A stretch of DNA of 63,152 nt, the filler included, from Choristocarpus tenellus KU-1152 (Eukaryota; Protista; Phaeophyceae): assembly GCA_964200185.2 (NCBI GenBank). It is 11 parts of 11 records of this genome, joined end to end, with 100 filler letters (N's around TTAATTAATTAA, not from the genome) between each part and the next. Parts side by side here need not be neighbours in the genome. Positions count along the whole stretch, not along the records: positions 31,696 to 44,600 come from CAXNAD020001667.1; positions 44,701 to 49,642 come from CAXNAD020012441.1; positions 49,743 to 52,869 come from CAXNAD020022130.1; 8 more parts are not named here. One strand, written 5' to 3'. The notes under the pieces are model-generated. The model saw nothing but the letters and a program-made list of their open reading frames with translations, was not told the origin of the DNA and searched no databases. Positions 39,701-52,150 of the stretch are shown piece by piece. Each line of letters begins with the position of its first letter. The stretch's first letter is position 1. The translations under genes and the position numbers were made by a program.

Positions 39701-42700
39701 AGTTTCAGCATTAATTATTACTCTACAAGAACAATTAAAAGTTCGGTTGAATACACCATCGTCCCATCAAGCTCATCGGATGCATTCACTAAGAAGCCTC
39801 TTCTGCCCCTTCAACATTGACATCACTCTGAGATGAGAACAAGGAGCCCCCCCGAAATTCACCGGGGTAGGGCTACAAATTTGTGAACTTTCCAGCCAGA
39901 CCTCAAAAAAAGACTTCAGTCAAGTTTTGGGCCAAACAAGGATGATTATAAACACAAAGGAAATGTGGTACACACAGACAAAAATGTGCTTGACAATACG
40001 AAGTCTTCCGAAAATAGACCAGCATATATCACTCCCTACAAGGATGCTGAATGCCTTTAATAAACATGATAAAAACACTTGAATGTTTGTCCCACAAGTC
40101 TCTCTCACTTGTTTACAATGTTTTGAGCGACGGTTGCATTCAAACCAACTTCGAAGCCGATGGCATGTAGTCCAACATGAGCATTTTAGTTCATTTTTCT
40201 TCTAAGTCCAATATTTCCAGACAGATCAAATGCATCCTCAGTAAGAGGTTAGACCTTTTCCTGCAAAGCGTTTCTTTACAGTGATAATGACTCTCCAAAC
40301 TTGCAAGTTTTTCTAACAAAGAATACGCACACACACTTACACAAGTCAAATGCATTACACCAGTTTCTATGTTCTTGAGCCCACTCCATACTATCAAATA
40401 CCTTGACTGATGTGTACCCCTTTTCATCATCACGAATAGACATCTGTTGACTCTCACTCAGTGAAGCCACTGCCTTGAGTCCCCCTAAATGCCATTCCCA
40501 CCAATTGGTGCCCAATGAAAACGCCAAGGGCATGCCCGCAAAGGGGCATGTGGGCAGAGGGAGCAGGTCAGATAGGGCAGGAGTTGGTGAGGGAGTCAAA
40601 GTGTCTTAGGGTTAGGTTAGAGCCGCATCCGACTGGGGGCCAAAATCCAATGTTACAATTTTGATGTCATTTTGGCTATCATGTCGGTTAGGAAGTGTCA
40701 ATATCCTTGTTCTGGACACACCTTTTCATAACGAATACATTTTAACTACTCAGAAACATTTCGGAGGAGGTAAAATGTCATCAAAAACCCGTGGGAAGCC
40801 AAGTCCCAAACGGATGAACAGGGCACAAAAACCGTACCCTAACCCTTAGGTACTTTCACTCGAGGGCTTGGAAATAAAAAAAAAGATAGAACTAAATAGA
40901 GATTTTACTCTAGCAGCAATACTTAGAGTGAGTGAATGAACCAAAATAACAAGTTCATAAACCACCCTACACCCATCTCTGTGGGTCCTTGGTTGTTCAG
41001 CAATTCACAAGCAAAGCAAAGCATGAAGTTGAAAGAGCGGGGAGGAGGAGATTAGAGTTAAGCAAGAGTTAGGGCAAGGACAAGTTTCTATAACTATGGC
41101 AAGGGTTTGGGGCTAGGGGTGTGGTTAGTGTTCCAGTACATTAAAAAAACTCCCAACAAGTGCATCTGATTAACCTTCTGGACAAGGGTTAGGTGTATGG
41201 GTTGCCATAATCTTATTTTCCGTGAAAAAATATGGAAAAGATAGGGTTAGGGTTAGGGTTAGTCTTGCCATTCCTGTGCATTCAAACATTCAAACACACT
41301 CCAAGCACACTTGGACCCCTTACTACCTTCATCACAGTTATGGTTTTAGTGAGAAGTTCAGAACGAAGAGCAGATACTTCAGCTAGATACTGAACCCAGT
41401 GATAGGGCTTGAAGAGTCTAGGTTAGGGTTAGGGTTCCGGTGGTGCCAAACATAAATATATTTCAACTTCTATTCAAGGTCGAGTGTCTTTGAGAAGGAT
41501 TGGATTAGGGCTGTAGTATATTCTGACATCGCTCACTCTGCAAAAACACACGAACACATCTTCACTACAACCTGCTGCTACCTCCATAATACAAACTTCA
41601 AATTGTACACGTTAAAGTATAAAAAAACTAGTCAGGGTTTGCAAGAGTCCAAACCGGTATTCCAATCCAAGTACACCTGCACCCCTTTCAATATAAGTCA
41701 CACACAATTATCTTCTCAGCAGTAGAGGTTGACAAAATTAGGTATGGGGAAACAGCTCAAGGGTTGCACCTAAGATTCCAGCGCAGTGAAACAGACCCCC
41801 GTCACAGGTGCACCAAAAATCAAAACAACACACACGCAAAACACAAACTATTTGATCACACCTGTGGCCACCCTCTTGAAATCCACGTGCATGCTCTTGC
41901 AGAGGGGGAGTCTATCGTCGGGCACATTCATCCCCATGAGCACCCCACTTGCTGTCTCTGCAACCAGTGCCATTGCACAAGCATGTATCCCACCAATGTG
42001 GTTCTGGATCTATCTCGGCAGGGGTTAGATTTAGGGGAAGCTCTTGGAGTCAAGGTCACCAGAGTTTGAACAGGTTTGGTATTGGGGCTGGGTAGGAGCC
42101 TTGATTGTTTTTTCTTCTAATGGTTATGTGGAGGTAATGGGATAAGGGTCCGGGTCATGACAGGGTATATATGAATTGTTTTGAGAAGGGTTAATAGAGT
42201 AAGGCTGGGGTCAAGTTAGTTAGAACCCTTCATGTATATCTGTAGGGTAAGGATTAAGTCCATTGCTGGGGTTTGGGATGGTTTCAAGCGAACTCTTCAA
42301 AGATAGGTTTGGAGGTAGAGACCTTGATATATCACTCACAAAGGGTGTTAATTTGCATTTTTAATTATAGCCTCGTTAAAATCATGAGAAAATTACCTCC
42401 AGCATTTTCTTAGAGGTGGAAACAGTTTCGAGCTTGTCCACAAAACTTGGCATTTGGTATCAACCTGGTAACATTTAAATGATTTTACCTAGTTGGAGAG
42501 TAGAAAGAAAAAAAATTCGACGATATGATTGAAAAGGTTGTGTAATTGATTTTGCAGGTAGGGTCGGTCAAGGCTTCAAGTTGTTTACAGAAAAATAGGA
42601 ACAAGAAATAAGTGACCTATGGTAGTACTTGAGAAAACAATAAGTTCATATCAATACACAAAGTTCTACTAAACTCTGGAGAAGATGATCATGGTCAGGG

Positions 42701-43981
42701 CATGGAAGTAGGGTGGCATTTAGGTCTTAGGGGAGGTAGTTGTAAGGGCTATAGTTGATCATTTGACTTGATACTACTTGACCATGTAATAGTTCAACTA
42801 TAAACATCCCATTAGAAATGGATAGTGACCAAAGACACGACCAGAACAAGGGGCTGGATTTAATAATGTGGTTGAATTTCAAACTCATCAGAGGAACTCC
42901 TTAGGATCTGAAGCACAGGTTAGCTGTGCCACTACAAATCTTTCTCCTACATATTGCTGTGTCCATGAAAACAAAGGGGGGGCAGGTCCAAGGAAAAGCG
43001 GCAGAAGCGAAGTTACTCAAAACCATATAGGTCAGGAATATGTAAAGACATGTAAGTATGTAGATATGTGCACTTACGTTCTTGGGCACAATGCCAATAA
43101 TGTGTTTCAACAAACGTAAATGTAAGGTATGCATATGATGAGATAAACAAAAAATTGTACACCCGCAGGGAATTGATGTAATTCTGTCCCCATTGCAATT
43201 GCTGGACAAACTAGGTAGATCTCAAAATCGAAATTGCGGGATTGATTCGGGAGTGGCGTTTCCACCGGATAGGTAAGTGTTTCCGAGGGGCACATATTTG
43301 AGCATATTGATGTTAAAAAATTCTACTGGATTTAGATAGATTCAGGCACGAAGTGCAGCGGGTCCTAAAAGTCCTTGGTATTGAACATGAATGCAAGGAT
43401 GAGAGCGCAAGGGGAGTGCTCCCAAGTTGGAGATCAACACAAGAGGACGATATCTAATATAGTTGGGATTTCGTCTGCGACCGTGACAATCGCGTTAAGG
43501 CTTTATCTAATAACACGTTATATACTCCAGAGAGCGCCACTTGAACCTACCCTCCATCGATTGGCTAGGGTGATAACAGCTCGATCTGTGGTCAGCTCCT
43601 CGATACGAATCCCTGCCGTTCCTGCCAGTTTTACCTGATTATAGAGGAGCAATATAATCGGACAACAGGTCGGAAACCTCACTTTTCATACTTTGCGCCC
43701 TGAGGGGGGTGCATTATATCAACACATCCATTGTCAGCATACTTTCAATTGTCAGCAACTTGTCGCCCATGTAGTAGATCTCACGAGTTTGGGACAGATA
43801 TATCAGTATTGTATTAACCATCGTACGCTATGCGGGATCCCTGGCAAGCCCCCCTGCCACCGCGGTCTCCACGCCATACCTGTGAGTTGAACATGAGGCT
43901 GAGTCCCCATGGCTGGAGAGAACTATGAAGGGTGGAATTAATCTTGTTCACCATTCTCGCCATCTGGTTGAGCCTCCCCAT
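33778..43981 (-). CDS. Complete DUF4442-family hot-dog-fold (thioesterase-like) protein, 174 aa; exons 43981-43880, 43634-43551, 42009-41862, 40484-40402, 33885-33778
   Basis: The five exons total 525 nt and join in frame with GT-AG introns: MGRLNQMARMVNKINSTLHSSLQPWGLSLMFNSQ|VKLAGTAGIRIEELTTDRAVITLANRWR|IQNHIGGIHACAMALVAETASGVLMGMNVPDDRLPLCKSMHVDFKRVATG|GLKAVASLSESQQMSIRDDEKGYTSVK|VVVTDETGKEPIKSEMVWAWVPKIRKEDLNKGSPL*. NHIGGIHA...AETASG is the PaaI-like hot-dog signature. Confidence 0.88.
34727..35120 (+). pseudogene. Possible relic of an IS630/Tc1-like transposase N-terminal region
   Basis: FSFEGLDGTLKQLG...IRRFLAEY then (frameshift) EEVEGNIVII, loosely resembling the region before the first catalytic D; highly eroded. 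Confidence 0.3.
35742..37450 (+). mobile_element. Full-length but decayed DD39D (plant-type) mariner transposon
   Basis: TIRs CTCCCTCTGTTTGGATTGATTTAACAC and (rc) TTCCCTCTATTTGGGTTGATTAAACAC, each flanked by TA. Motifs VHLDE, KIGIWP, EKVLPAL, QNDNA and QPAQSLDLNTPNLGFF. 39 residues separate the second and third catalytic positions, and the third is N instead of D. Stops and frameshifts are present. Confidence 0.92.
38011..38430 (+). repeat. Minisatellite, about 16 copies of a 26-bp unit (TACCTAGTGGACATGGACCATATCAA)
   Basis: Directly visible head-to-tail units with point variants (CCTTACCAG, CCTTATCAA) and no spacers. Confidence 0.95.
38876..39144 (+). mobile_element. MITE family B (Harbinger-like, about 260 bp)
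   Basis: TIR GAGTCAAAGTATCTTA / TAAGATACTTTCACTC. Confidence 0.85.
40593..40861 (+). mobile_element. MITE family B
   Basis: Full-length match to 38876-39144. Confidence 0.85.
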
Positions 43982-44272
43982 CACGAAATCCTCTTCCACT
44001 ACTAATTCACCACTCGCACTATAAATATCTCCTCCCCCCAAGCCTTTAAAGGGCTAAGACCTCAGCCCACAAGGTATGCAAGATTAGTAATTGATTCAAA
44101 AGAAAGGTTTCAGACAAGTGGTACTTCTCACTACAAAACCTATCTGGTACAAAACTTCCACTTCAAAATTTTAGGAGTGTTGCAACAAAATATGTGTAAG
44201 TGTGAGAAGATTATAAATTCACTTGAAATTTGTACGTGACTTCGGCGAGTGGCGCGCGAAACTCCAGGGTAA

Positions 44273-44570
44273 GATGGTACCAGTGGCTTCGCCCTCTGTG
44301 GCAATCTTGACCATGCACATACCAAAGATATACAACAATGTATATATCAAATGAAAGGGTATGACAAGAGGGTTTGAAGGCTTGTATCCACGAATGTCCA
44401 GGCTTCGGGGAACGGAGCTATGTCCCGATCAAAAAATGGCAAAAACGTGGGGAATAGCTCAAGTGCAATTTTGAGGGTCACAACTTCAAAACGGACAAAA
44501 ATGAGTGGTTAGCTGAACTCCTTGCAAAAAATGGTCCAGGGTAGGTCGCTGCCCAAGTTTGGTCGGTGTG
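44273..44570 (+). mobile_element. Family E 5' fragment
   Basis: Starts GGTACCAGTGGCTTCGCCCTCTGTGGCAATCTTG and matches 14592-14890; cut near the contig end. Confidence 0.75.
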
Positions 44571-45605
44571 TTTGTAACAAAAAAAAAACAAGATGTCCGG
44601 NNNNNNNNNNNNNNNNNNNNNNNNNNNNNNNNNNNNNNNNNNNNTTAATTAATTAANNNNNNNNNNNNNNNNNNNNNNNNNNNNNNNNNNNNNNNNNNNN
44701 GTGTCGGATTTGAAATATCAGCAAAAAAAATAGTTGTTTGACCAAAACGGACGCCCCCTGACAAACCACCCTCCCCCCCGAGATACTTTGACCCAGCAGA
44801 ATTAATTCTGATCAACAATCCTCTCTCTACACGGTAACTGCTACAAAAAAGTAAATGTGTCACCTTGATATGAGCAAGGTGCAAACACTCCTGGGGGTCC
44901 GCACCAAGAAGAATATATGTAATGAACTTCCCAACATGGGCATCTTGATGGTCGACAAACTATTTCACCCACATGCCATGCATCATCAAGAGAAGGACAA
45001 GGAACCTAAAACCCACTCTTTCGGTTGATGAAGCAACAATGAACGACCCCCCTCCAGAGCCCCCGCGGAAATTTGAGCTAACAACTTCCTGACACACGGG
45101 CTTTGTCGCCATTATCCCTAACCTTTTCACTCCTCCTGTATGCCATGCACAAAACACCTGCCTCCTTCCCTGGACAGCTGACACACAGGTGAAAGCTGAA
45201 CACCTATTTCATTTGACCACAAAGATCAAGTGCTCATGGACAGTGACACATACTTCGTCTCCGATTATCCACTCGGTCACTCAGTACTGGCATGACAACG
45301 TCAGTGGGACGAGACTTGCCATTCCTATTGAGATAGGGCCCAACCAGAGCAATCTGTGATAAAATGGGTAAGGGGGAATCTGCGCGCGGTCATTGGTGGG
45401 GCGTACTCGCAATGGAGATAACTGGACTTGTGTGAATGGCACTTCACACAAACTGGGCTACTAATCTGTTTCTTACAACCCCATAATATGTTTGACCTGC
45501 CATACAAGTTGAAGCAGCGGAACCAAGAACTCCATACATACTGCGCACAGCACACGCATTTCTGTACGTCATCTACTGTAAAACGTGAGGCATAACGGGA
45601 AGAAG

Positions 45606-46550
45606 CAGCGATTTTCACTAAGCTAGCAAATGAAACTGGTTTTGTCCACCAGCCCGACTAATTTTTATTATTTATTATATCCCAGTCCAAGTCCACGAAG
45701 TAAGTGTTGAACCGGTCCATGTCCGGCTGCCGAACAGGATCAATATCCCCTAACAGGTCTGGACCATGTCCACTGGGTATTGTATCGATCAATTTCCGGC
45801 AGTTAGACGGGGTCCTAACATTCTCTCTAACTTGTCCTGACCATTTCAACTATATTTATATTGGTTGGTCTGTATCCGGTGCTCATCCAGTTTAACTTTT
45901 CTGGCATGTCTGAACCATGTCTAGTATGCGTTACAGTAGTCCAGGGATGAAAATGTGTCCATCTACATGTACATGTCGAGGTTAACTTACACCGTTGTGT
46001 ATGTATACAGATATAATAGTGCTACTTATCATCTCTGCACTTCGTTCGAAGTGATGAACATATACATACAACGTGGATGTCAACCCTCATATATTAGTGT
46101 AAACATATTTGAAGTTACACATTTACAATATATTGCTTGAACCTTTACATGTGACTGTCAAAATATAACGTATAGTGTCAAAATACATCTTCAAGTTAGA
46201 AACCACATCAGTCACCCAAACACCAAACACACAACGATGTATATGTATTCAATGTATAATTTCACTACTCTTGAAACAGTAATGTAGGAATAACACAGAT
46301 ATATCAATTATATATATTGTATTAAGAAATCGTAATAGTTTTGTAGTATTATAAGTTGTATAGGAAACAAGGGACAAGGTGGAGTGAATGGTAAAGAGCT
46401 AATGACGTGTTCAACACGAGTGTAAAGAAAAAAATCCTGTTCAGTGTTAGAAAAAATGTTCTAACATTGCCGAGTCCATGACTGTCACCAATCATCATGG
46501 TTGGAACATGGCCGAGTCCATGGCCGTCACTATGCAACATCACCATGGTT
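45606..46550 (-). mobile_element. Second copy of the hAT-like element, without the mariner and without the expanded satellite
   Basis: The reverse complement of 46141-46440 aligns by eye to 35600-35700 and 37490-37570; terminus CAGCGATTTTCAC at 45606. Confidence 0.65.
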
Positions 46551-46749
46551 CATGCTGTATTTTATTATTATGCCCTCTGACATTTTGTAGATGTGTCAGG
46601 GGGGAAACCAACGAAAACTATATATATGTCTGTATAGTAACTCCAATATCCTACTCGTTATACCTACTTGGAGCAGTAGGGACGAGTCCTTAACTGGTAC
46701 ACAAAGAAATCATCAAATGTCATCGGTGGGGAGGTAAAATCTGTTGTAC

Positions 46750-48000
46750 AGGTGTACATCAATCCTGCCGTAGACTATGACAGCCCCCCACTCTTTGTCG
46801 CGCCAGTGCTTTGGGCACCTCCACCTGACACTTCTCCAGATCGAGGACAGTACTGCCACCAATTGAATACTGCATTTCATCATCTCTCAGTCCGCCTGCC
46901 GATCGAGTAAATGGCAAGCGGGGGAATCTGTTAGATGTGTTGAACCACTTAACATCCATATAATCAAAAATGCCCCACCACTTCCTTCGTCCAGAGATGA
47001 GTGATGGCAATTCCTACACCAGAATTCCTCAGTCCACATGAAACAGCTCCGAATTTTGTTACAATCTGAATTCGACAGTGAACAACGTCCAGAGACGCTC
47101 CTCCCAACTATAAAATCTCCTGCCAACACCATTTTCACACCATTTGAAATACATCTTCCGACCTTCATTCTCTGGCTTTGGTGTTACAGTCGCCCCTCAA
47201 AGCTCACCTCCACAGGATGTACAACTCAAATCCAATTCACAGATTAACGCACGTCAGCTCAGCAGAACAGTAGTACTCTCTGGTGAATCAAGTAGCACAA
47301 GGAAAAGTGTGTATATCGATATCAGTTAAGAGAGAACAAAGAACTGAATAGGTGCGTCCTTTAGGTCAGCAGAACTGAGCCGTTTGGAGCCGTTTTTAGG
47401 ATCTCTTATCATCATTTACCGCTGGGGCTTCTTCTGGTTTGCAGACATTGGAATATACCTGAGAACCATTGCGACCTTTCCATCTGGGACCCTTTGCAAC
47501 TTTCCCTAGTTGCAGATTTATTCTGCAACTTTTTGGCAAATCGGAGTTCCCCCTTTTGGGGTTCCCACGCGCGTACACTGCTCGCGCCGGTTAAAGCGCG
47601 GGAAGAAATACTCGCGCTATTCACCTGTAACATTGACTACATGTAGAACACCCCACGTCACGTGACCATCAGGGCTAAGAATCCAACACTCAACGATACT
47701 GTATAGTCCCTGTAGTGAAGTGCTTGGCATAGCATGCTATGATCGTACAGCCTGGAAAACCTAATCCAATCCTCATAGATAACGACTTGAAATGATCTCA
47801 AGAACAATTGGTGCAGGTGTTCTGCACAAACCCAAGTTTGTGGGCCTTTTTGTTCGAATTGCTCAGGAGGTCGCCAAATATATCGCAAATTATTTGAAGT
47901 TCATGCCCACTATTTTTTTCTGAAGTAGCTTGAATTTTTGGATCCCACCACATAGTCATTAATATAATACGTAGAAAATACGTACCTTCCGCGGTCATTA
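46750..48000 (-). mobile_element. Possible LINE RT relic interrupted by the 47182 solo LTR
   Basis: Weak motifs RLYDHSMLCQAL and LPFTRSAGGL. Confidence 0.3.
47182..47632 (+). mobile_element. Solo LTR related to family D (shared ends, different middle)
   Basis: TGTTACAG...CTCGCGCTATTCACCTGTAACA; flanks TTGG/TTGA. Confidence 0.75.
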
Positions 48001-48006
48001 TCGTTA

Positions 48007-49580
48007 TAGTGGTACAAGTAGCTTCACCCTCTGGGGTTGTCCCGTCATAGCGTTTGACGTAGACATTTGATTAAAAACTAAAAGCATAATCGTGATGTCC
48101 GTTACAAGGGCCTCCAGAGAACGGGCTTCGTAAATTTCTTTCACCATTTTTTTTCGAAGAAAGAGGGATCATATTGGGGTTCGAACCATGGATTGCACGT
48201 CAACAAGAGGGGCAACAGATGCACCAAAAAAAATATTACTTGATTGAAGTATAGTGGATTAAACAGGGAAAAACGCCAAACGAACGATTCAATGAATGAA
48301 TAATACTAAGTGTAAATGCGTTTCTTGTCTTCATCTGCCAGCAGGAATTCCGAATGTGCCGGGCGCCTATGAGACTTGTACCTCTTGTACTCCGTCTGAC
48401 TTCCTGTCCAGTGGCAGCCGTCTTGAAATAGAGAAGATGGTCCGTGTGCGCCTTCTTGCAGTGCTTTTGTATGAGCCAAACAGCCTGCCTATCCTCAGCT
48501 GGTTTCAAGTTGAAAGGAACGTTTTTTCGGAGTCCGTCCAAAGAATAGATAAAATGCTGTCGTAGCCAGTGCTTTGCTTGACCCCACACGAGCTCAATGG
48601 AGTTGAGCTCACAGTGATACTTTGGGAGCATTAGGCATACTCCTCCATACCGCTCGACAAGAAGCTGAAGACTAGGAACTACCTCGTTGAAGTCCCTCTG
48701 CTCTCCAAGCACATGCAACATGCTTTGGCTTGGGTTGTGTTTCTCTGCCTTCCCCCTGTCCTTTGTCCTTCCGGGTTCTAACAGCCCCCTTCGGGCGGCC
48801 ACGATGGCTCCTTCGCCTGCCGTGACCAGGCTTCCCCACAGACTTCGTCACTGTACCACCTGGTGATGGACTCGCCTCTCTCTTCCTTTTTTCCTGAGGT
48901 GGCAGAGTCTGCAGAGCAGTTCTCCGACGTGGGTGAAGACCCCAACCACGTTTGTGGTAATACTTTCAATACTCTTTTCTCAGTGTCAGTATTGCGACCG
49001 CGCGGTCCATTTCACGATTTGATCATGCTGCTGTGCCACACTACTCGCACTTTCTTGTCACCTAACATCGCACTGAGTTTCATACGGTACTTGTTTTTCC
49101 GGTCCCTCTCGACAGAGAAGGTGCCGAGGGTAGATCCAGGGGGCAGAGTGACCTTGGCGGCTCTCCTTGTCTCACCATCGCGGTTCATGTGTCTGTGTAA
49201 GTCACGTGTGTGTGTCTTCACAGAAAGTCTGGAAAAGGCGTTGAATTTATGTCGAGAAATCTTGAAATGTTTTTCGGTAGGGCCGCACCGCCCTAACTTG
49301 GGCAGCGACCTAGCCCGGACCAGTTTTCTGCAAGGAGTTCAGCCAACCACTTCATTTTTGTATCTTTTGAAGTTGTGACCTTCAATATTGTGCCGGAGAT
49401 ATTCCCCCGCGTTTTTTCCATTAATTGATCGGGACATAGCTCCTGTTCCTCGAAGCTTATACACAATCCACTACTACAACCTTCAAGAGCTCTCGTCATA
49501 CCCTTTTATTTGATATATATATTGTCGTATATATATCTGTTGGGGCGATACGGTGAAAAAGTCAAGATTACCACAGAGAA
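48007..49580 (-). mobile_element. Family E element retaining the C-terminal DDE transposase segment (ORF 48236-48802)
   Basis: LGEQRDF...MLPKYHCELNSIELVWGQAKHWLR is a DDE_3-type third-catalytic-residue motif; TIR at 48007 is preceded by TA. Confidence 0.85.
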
Positions 49581-49999
49581 CAGGGGAATCTCAAAATTGA
49601 GGAAGGCGCGGGACTATGAGGATGGTTTTTTTGCGAAAACGGNNNNNNNNNNNNNNNNNNNNNNNNNNNNNNNNNNNNNNNNNNNNTTAATTAATTAANN
49701 NNNNNNNNNNNNNNNNNNNNNNNNNNNNNNNNNNNNNNNNNNCTCCCCCCTCAGTGCTGTATAGTATTTCTGGATGTACCCAGCCAGACCCTGCTCCCTT
49801 TATCCCCCCATCCCCGCCATAAAATTCCCTCTTCTGCTTATCTATTTACTGTGTTACTATTCATAATTTTATTATTATTCATTACTACTGTTCTTGTCGT
49901 TGCCTACTTCTCCCTATTTATATTTTACTGGTATTATCCGTCCGTCTGTCCGTTTGCATCTTTGCGATGATAACGCCATCCCCCATCAAAACAATGAAG

Positions 50000-50164
50000 C
50001 GTATCCGAGAACTGGAGGTGAGGGGCATGTTCGACTTCGAGATCATCTGTCCCAATCCATTGCCAACGCCTGCGGTAGTGATTGTGGATCCGTTCTCCTC
50101 CGGGTCTATCCTGGCTGCACAGGTTCTCAAGTACAAGTTTCGTCTGGTAATGCTCTTCTCTGAG
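50000..50164 (+). CDS. Internal exon of a tandem ATP-grasp (NikS-like peptide/amino-acid ligase) protein
   Basis: RIRELEVRGMFDF resembles the end of one NikS-like ATP-grasp unit and is followed by AVVIVDPFSSGSILA, the start of the next. Donor GAG|GTGGGT followed by a (CA)n intron; acceptor AAG is tentative. Confidence 0.6.
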
Positions 50165-50193
50165 GTGGGTTGAAGAACTAGTAGAACATATAA

Positions 50194-50225
<32 letters not shown>

Positions 50226-50379
50226 ACACACACACACAGAGTATGTACTTGTGTATCCATTATGGGTTATTGTGATACCAAACTGCCCTCTTTTTGACCA
50301 CGGGTCTGGAACCCTCCCTCTTCAGACTGACATGGACACAAAACGTACTCACAATATTGAATCGTTTCTTTTCTGCACC

Positions 50380-50726
50380 GGTGTGGTTCAGTTCAGAGAG
50401 TGGGATGTGGAAGGCAGGGCGAACCGTTGCCTTGTACTTGTCGTACCCTTAGGAGGTCCAAGTTCCCTTTCCGGGAACTTCATTCAGTTCAACTGAGGAG
50501 GACCTTTGGAAGGATAGATTTCCGCGAATTCCTCTGGCGTCTCTTCAAGAGAACGCTCTCCAAGGAGGTTCCATTTGCTGAACCCCGTCCGAACCACGGT
50601 CCTCCCCACCTCCTCGCTCCTGTCCCGTTTCCGACCTCACGCTCTTCCTCTCGGTTCTGGTTCGTCTCGGTCCATCTGGTCCGCCTTTCCCGGTGGTTCT
50701 CTTTGCTGAACTGAACCACACACACC
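50380..50726. mobile_element. TIR-bounded element related to dispersed family F (20761-20831, 24170-24269, 63088-63152)
   Basis: GGTGTGGTTCAGTTCAG ... CTGAACTGAACCACAC; shares CTGGTCCG...CGGTG(G/A)TTCTCTTTGCT with 24190-24225. Confidence 0.55.
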
Positions 50727-51056
50727 TCGGCGATTCATTCACGGTGGTAAAAGAGAATCGCCAGGGTAGGGGTTAGGGTTAGGATGGACCAGGCGAACCA
50801 GGACCGACCCGAACCGGCACCAAGAGGAACAGGAATAAGTTCGGACACTGGGACAGGAATGAGGAGGTGGGGAGGACCGCGGTTTGGGTGGGGTGATCCA
50901 GAAGAGGAACCATCTCGGAGATGGGAGATATGGTGTTAGGGTAAGGTGATCTTGAAGACAGGAGGTCACAGATGTCTCGGGGGAAAAGCCGATGATGAAT
51001 CAATTTGATATCAGAACAACCTCTGCAAAAGTAACAAGTTTTTGTAAGTGTGAAAG

Positions 51057-51261
51057 GACCCAAAGTATCAGTGTGTGTTTGTGTGTGTGGGGGGGGGGGT
51101 CTACACCAGGGTATCCATTTCGACCCAAAACCAGGAAAAGTGCATTCATATTATCCATCCAACGTATGCACAACCAAATCACACAAAAATCGCGACATGA
51201 AAAAAATTGACCCCAAATGGACAGCCACCACCCCACCCCCCCCTCCGAGATACTTTGAGCC
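51057..51261 (-). mobile_element. MITE family A
   Basis: Reverse-orientation match to 30521-30700 with both TIRs. Confidence 0.85.
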
Positions 51262-51623
51262 AAAGACATCACTCTATTGTCCATTTACTATTTTACTACC
51301 AGCTATGCTTTACCACTGCCCTCCTGTGCCTCTAACCTAGCTTAGTCCTGCACCCCAGGGTGAGGACCTAGGAAGGCATCCCAATAATCTAACAAACCCC
51401 TACTTGCCCATCTCCCTTGCGTCTCCAGCTTAAGATGCATGACACGCCTAGATAGAGCCACTTTTGTTGTGGCATATATGTTGTTGGTGGTTCCTCACGC
51501 GATGGTGATGATCATAATAATTTTACACACTACTTGTCCATGATAACTTATACTCTAACCCTAACTCTAACCCTAACCCTAACCCTAACCCTTAAGCACT
51601 TGTGAAAAATAGCAACAATGAGA

Positions 51624-51912
51624 GAGCCAAAAGTATCTTTTAGAGGGTGGAAGGTGGAGCCGCCGCGTCCATGTCCATTTGGGGGTCAAAACATAATGTT
51701 GCTATTTTGGTGTAATGTTTTGGCTATCGTGTTTGTTAGGAAGTGTCAATATTCATGTTTCGGACACAACTTTTAATGACGTAGGCATTTTTTTACCTAC
51801 TCCGAAACATTTCTGAGTAGGAAAATTTGTCATACAAAAAAAATGAGATCCAAGCCCCAATTGGACTAAGAGGATGAAACTCGTACCCTCTCTTAATAAG
51901 ATACTTTCACTC
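51624..51912 (+). mobile_element. MITE family B
   Basis: Both TIRs; TSD AGA/AGA. Confidence 0.85.
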
Positions 51913-52118
51913 AGAGGAATTAAAATGTTACTAATAAAAAATAATATTAATGACAAGAAGCGATGAAGATGAAACTAATGATAATATATATATATATATA
52001 TATACATACATACATTCTAGAAATAATTATTTTAATAATGATCTATAAATTGCTATCCTGTGGATGTGAGGATCCGGGGAATTTCACATCCTGCTACTGT
52101 TCGATGGGGCATACTTTC

Positions 52119-52150
52119 AGGTTAGGGTTAGGGTTAGGGTTAGGGTTAGG
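52119..52150 (+). repeat. Interstitial telomeric repeat (TTAGGG)5; representative of about a dozen tracts in the window
   Basis: Direct read; another long tract is (CCCTAA)n at 51556-51591. Confidence 0.9.

Noticed and set aside
39900-40600. hAT transposase relic in ORF 40276-40599
   Set aside because: The coding-looking core is DUF4442 exon 4 and the rest lacks reliable motifs.
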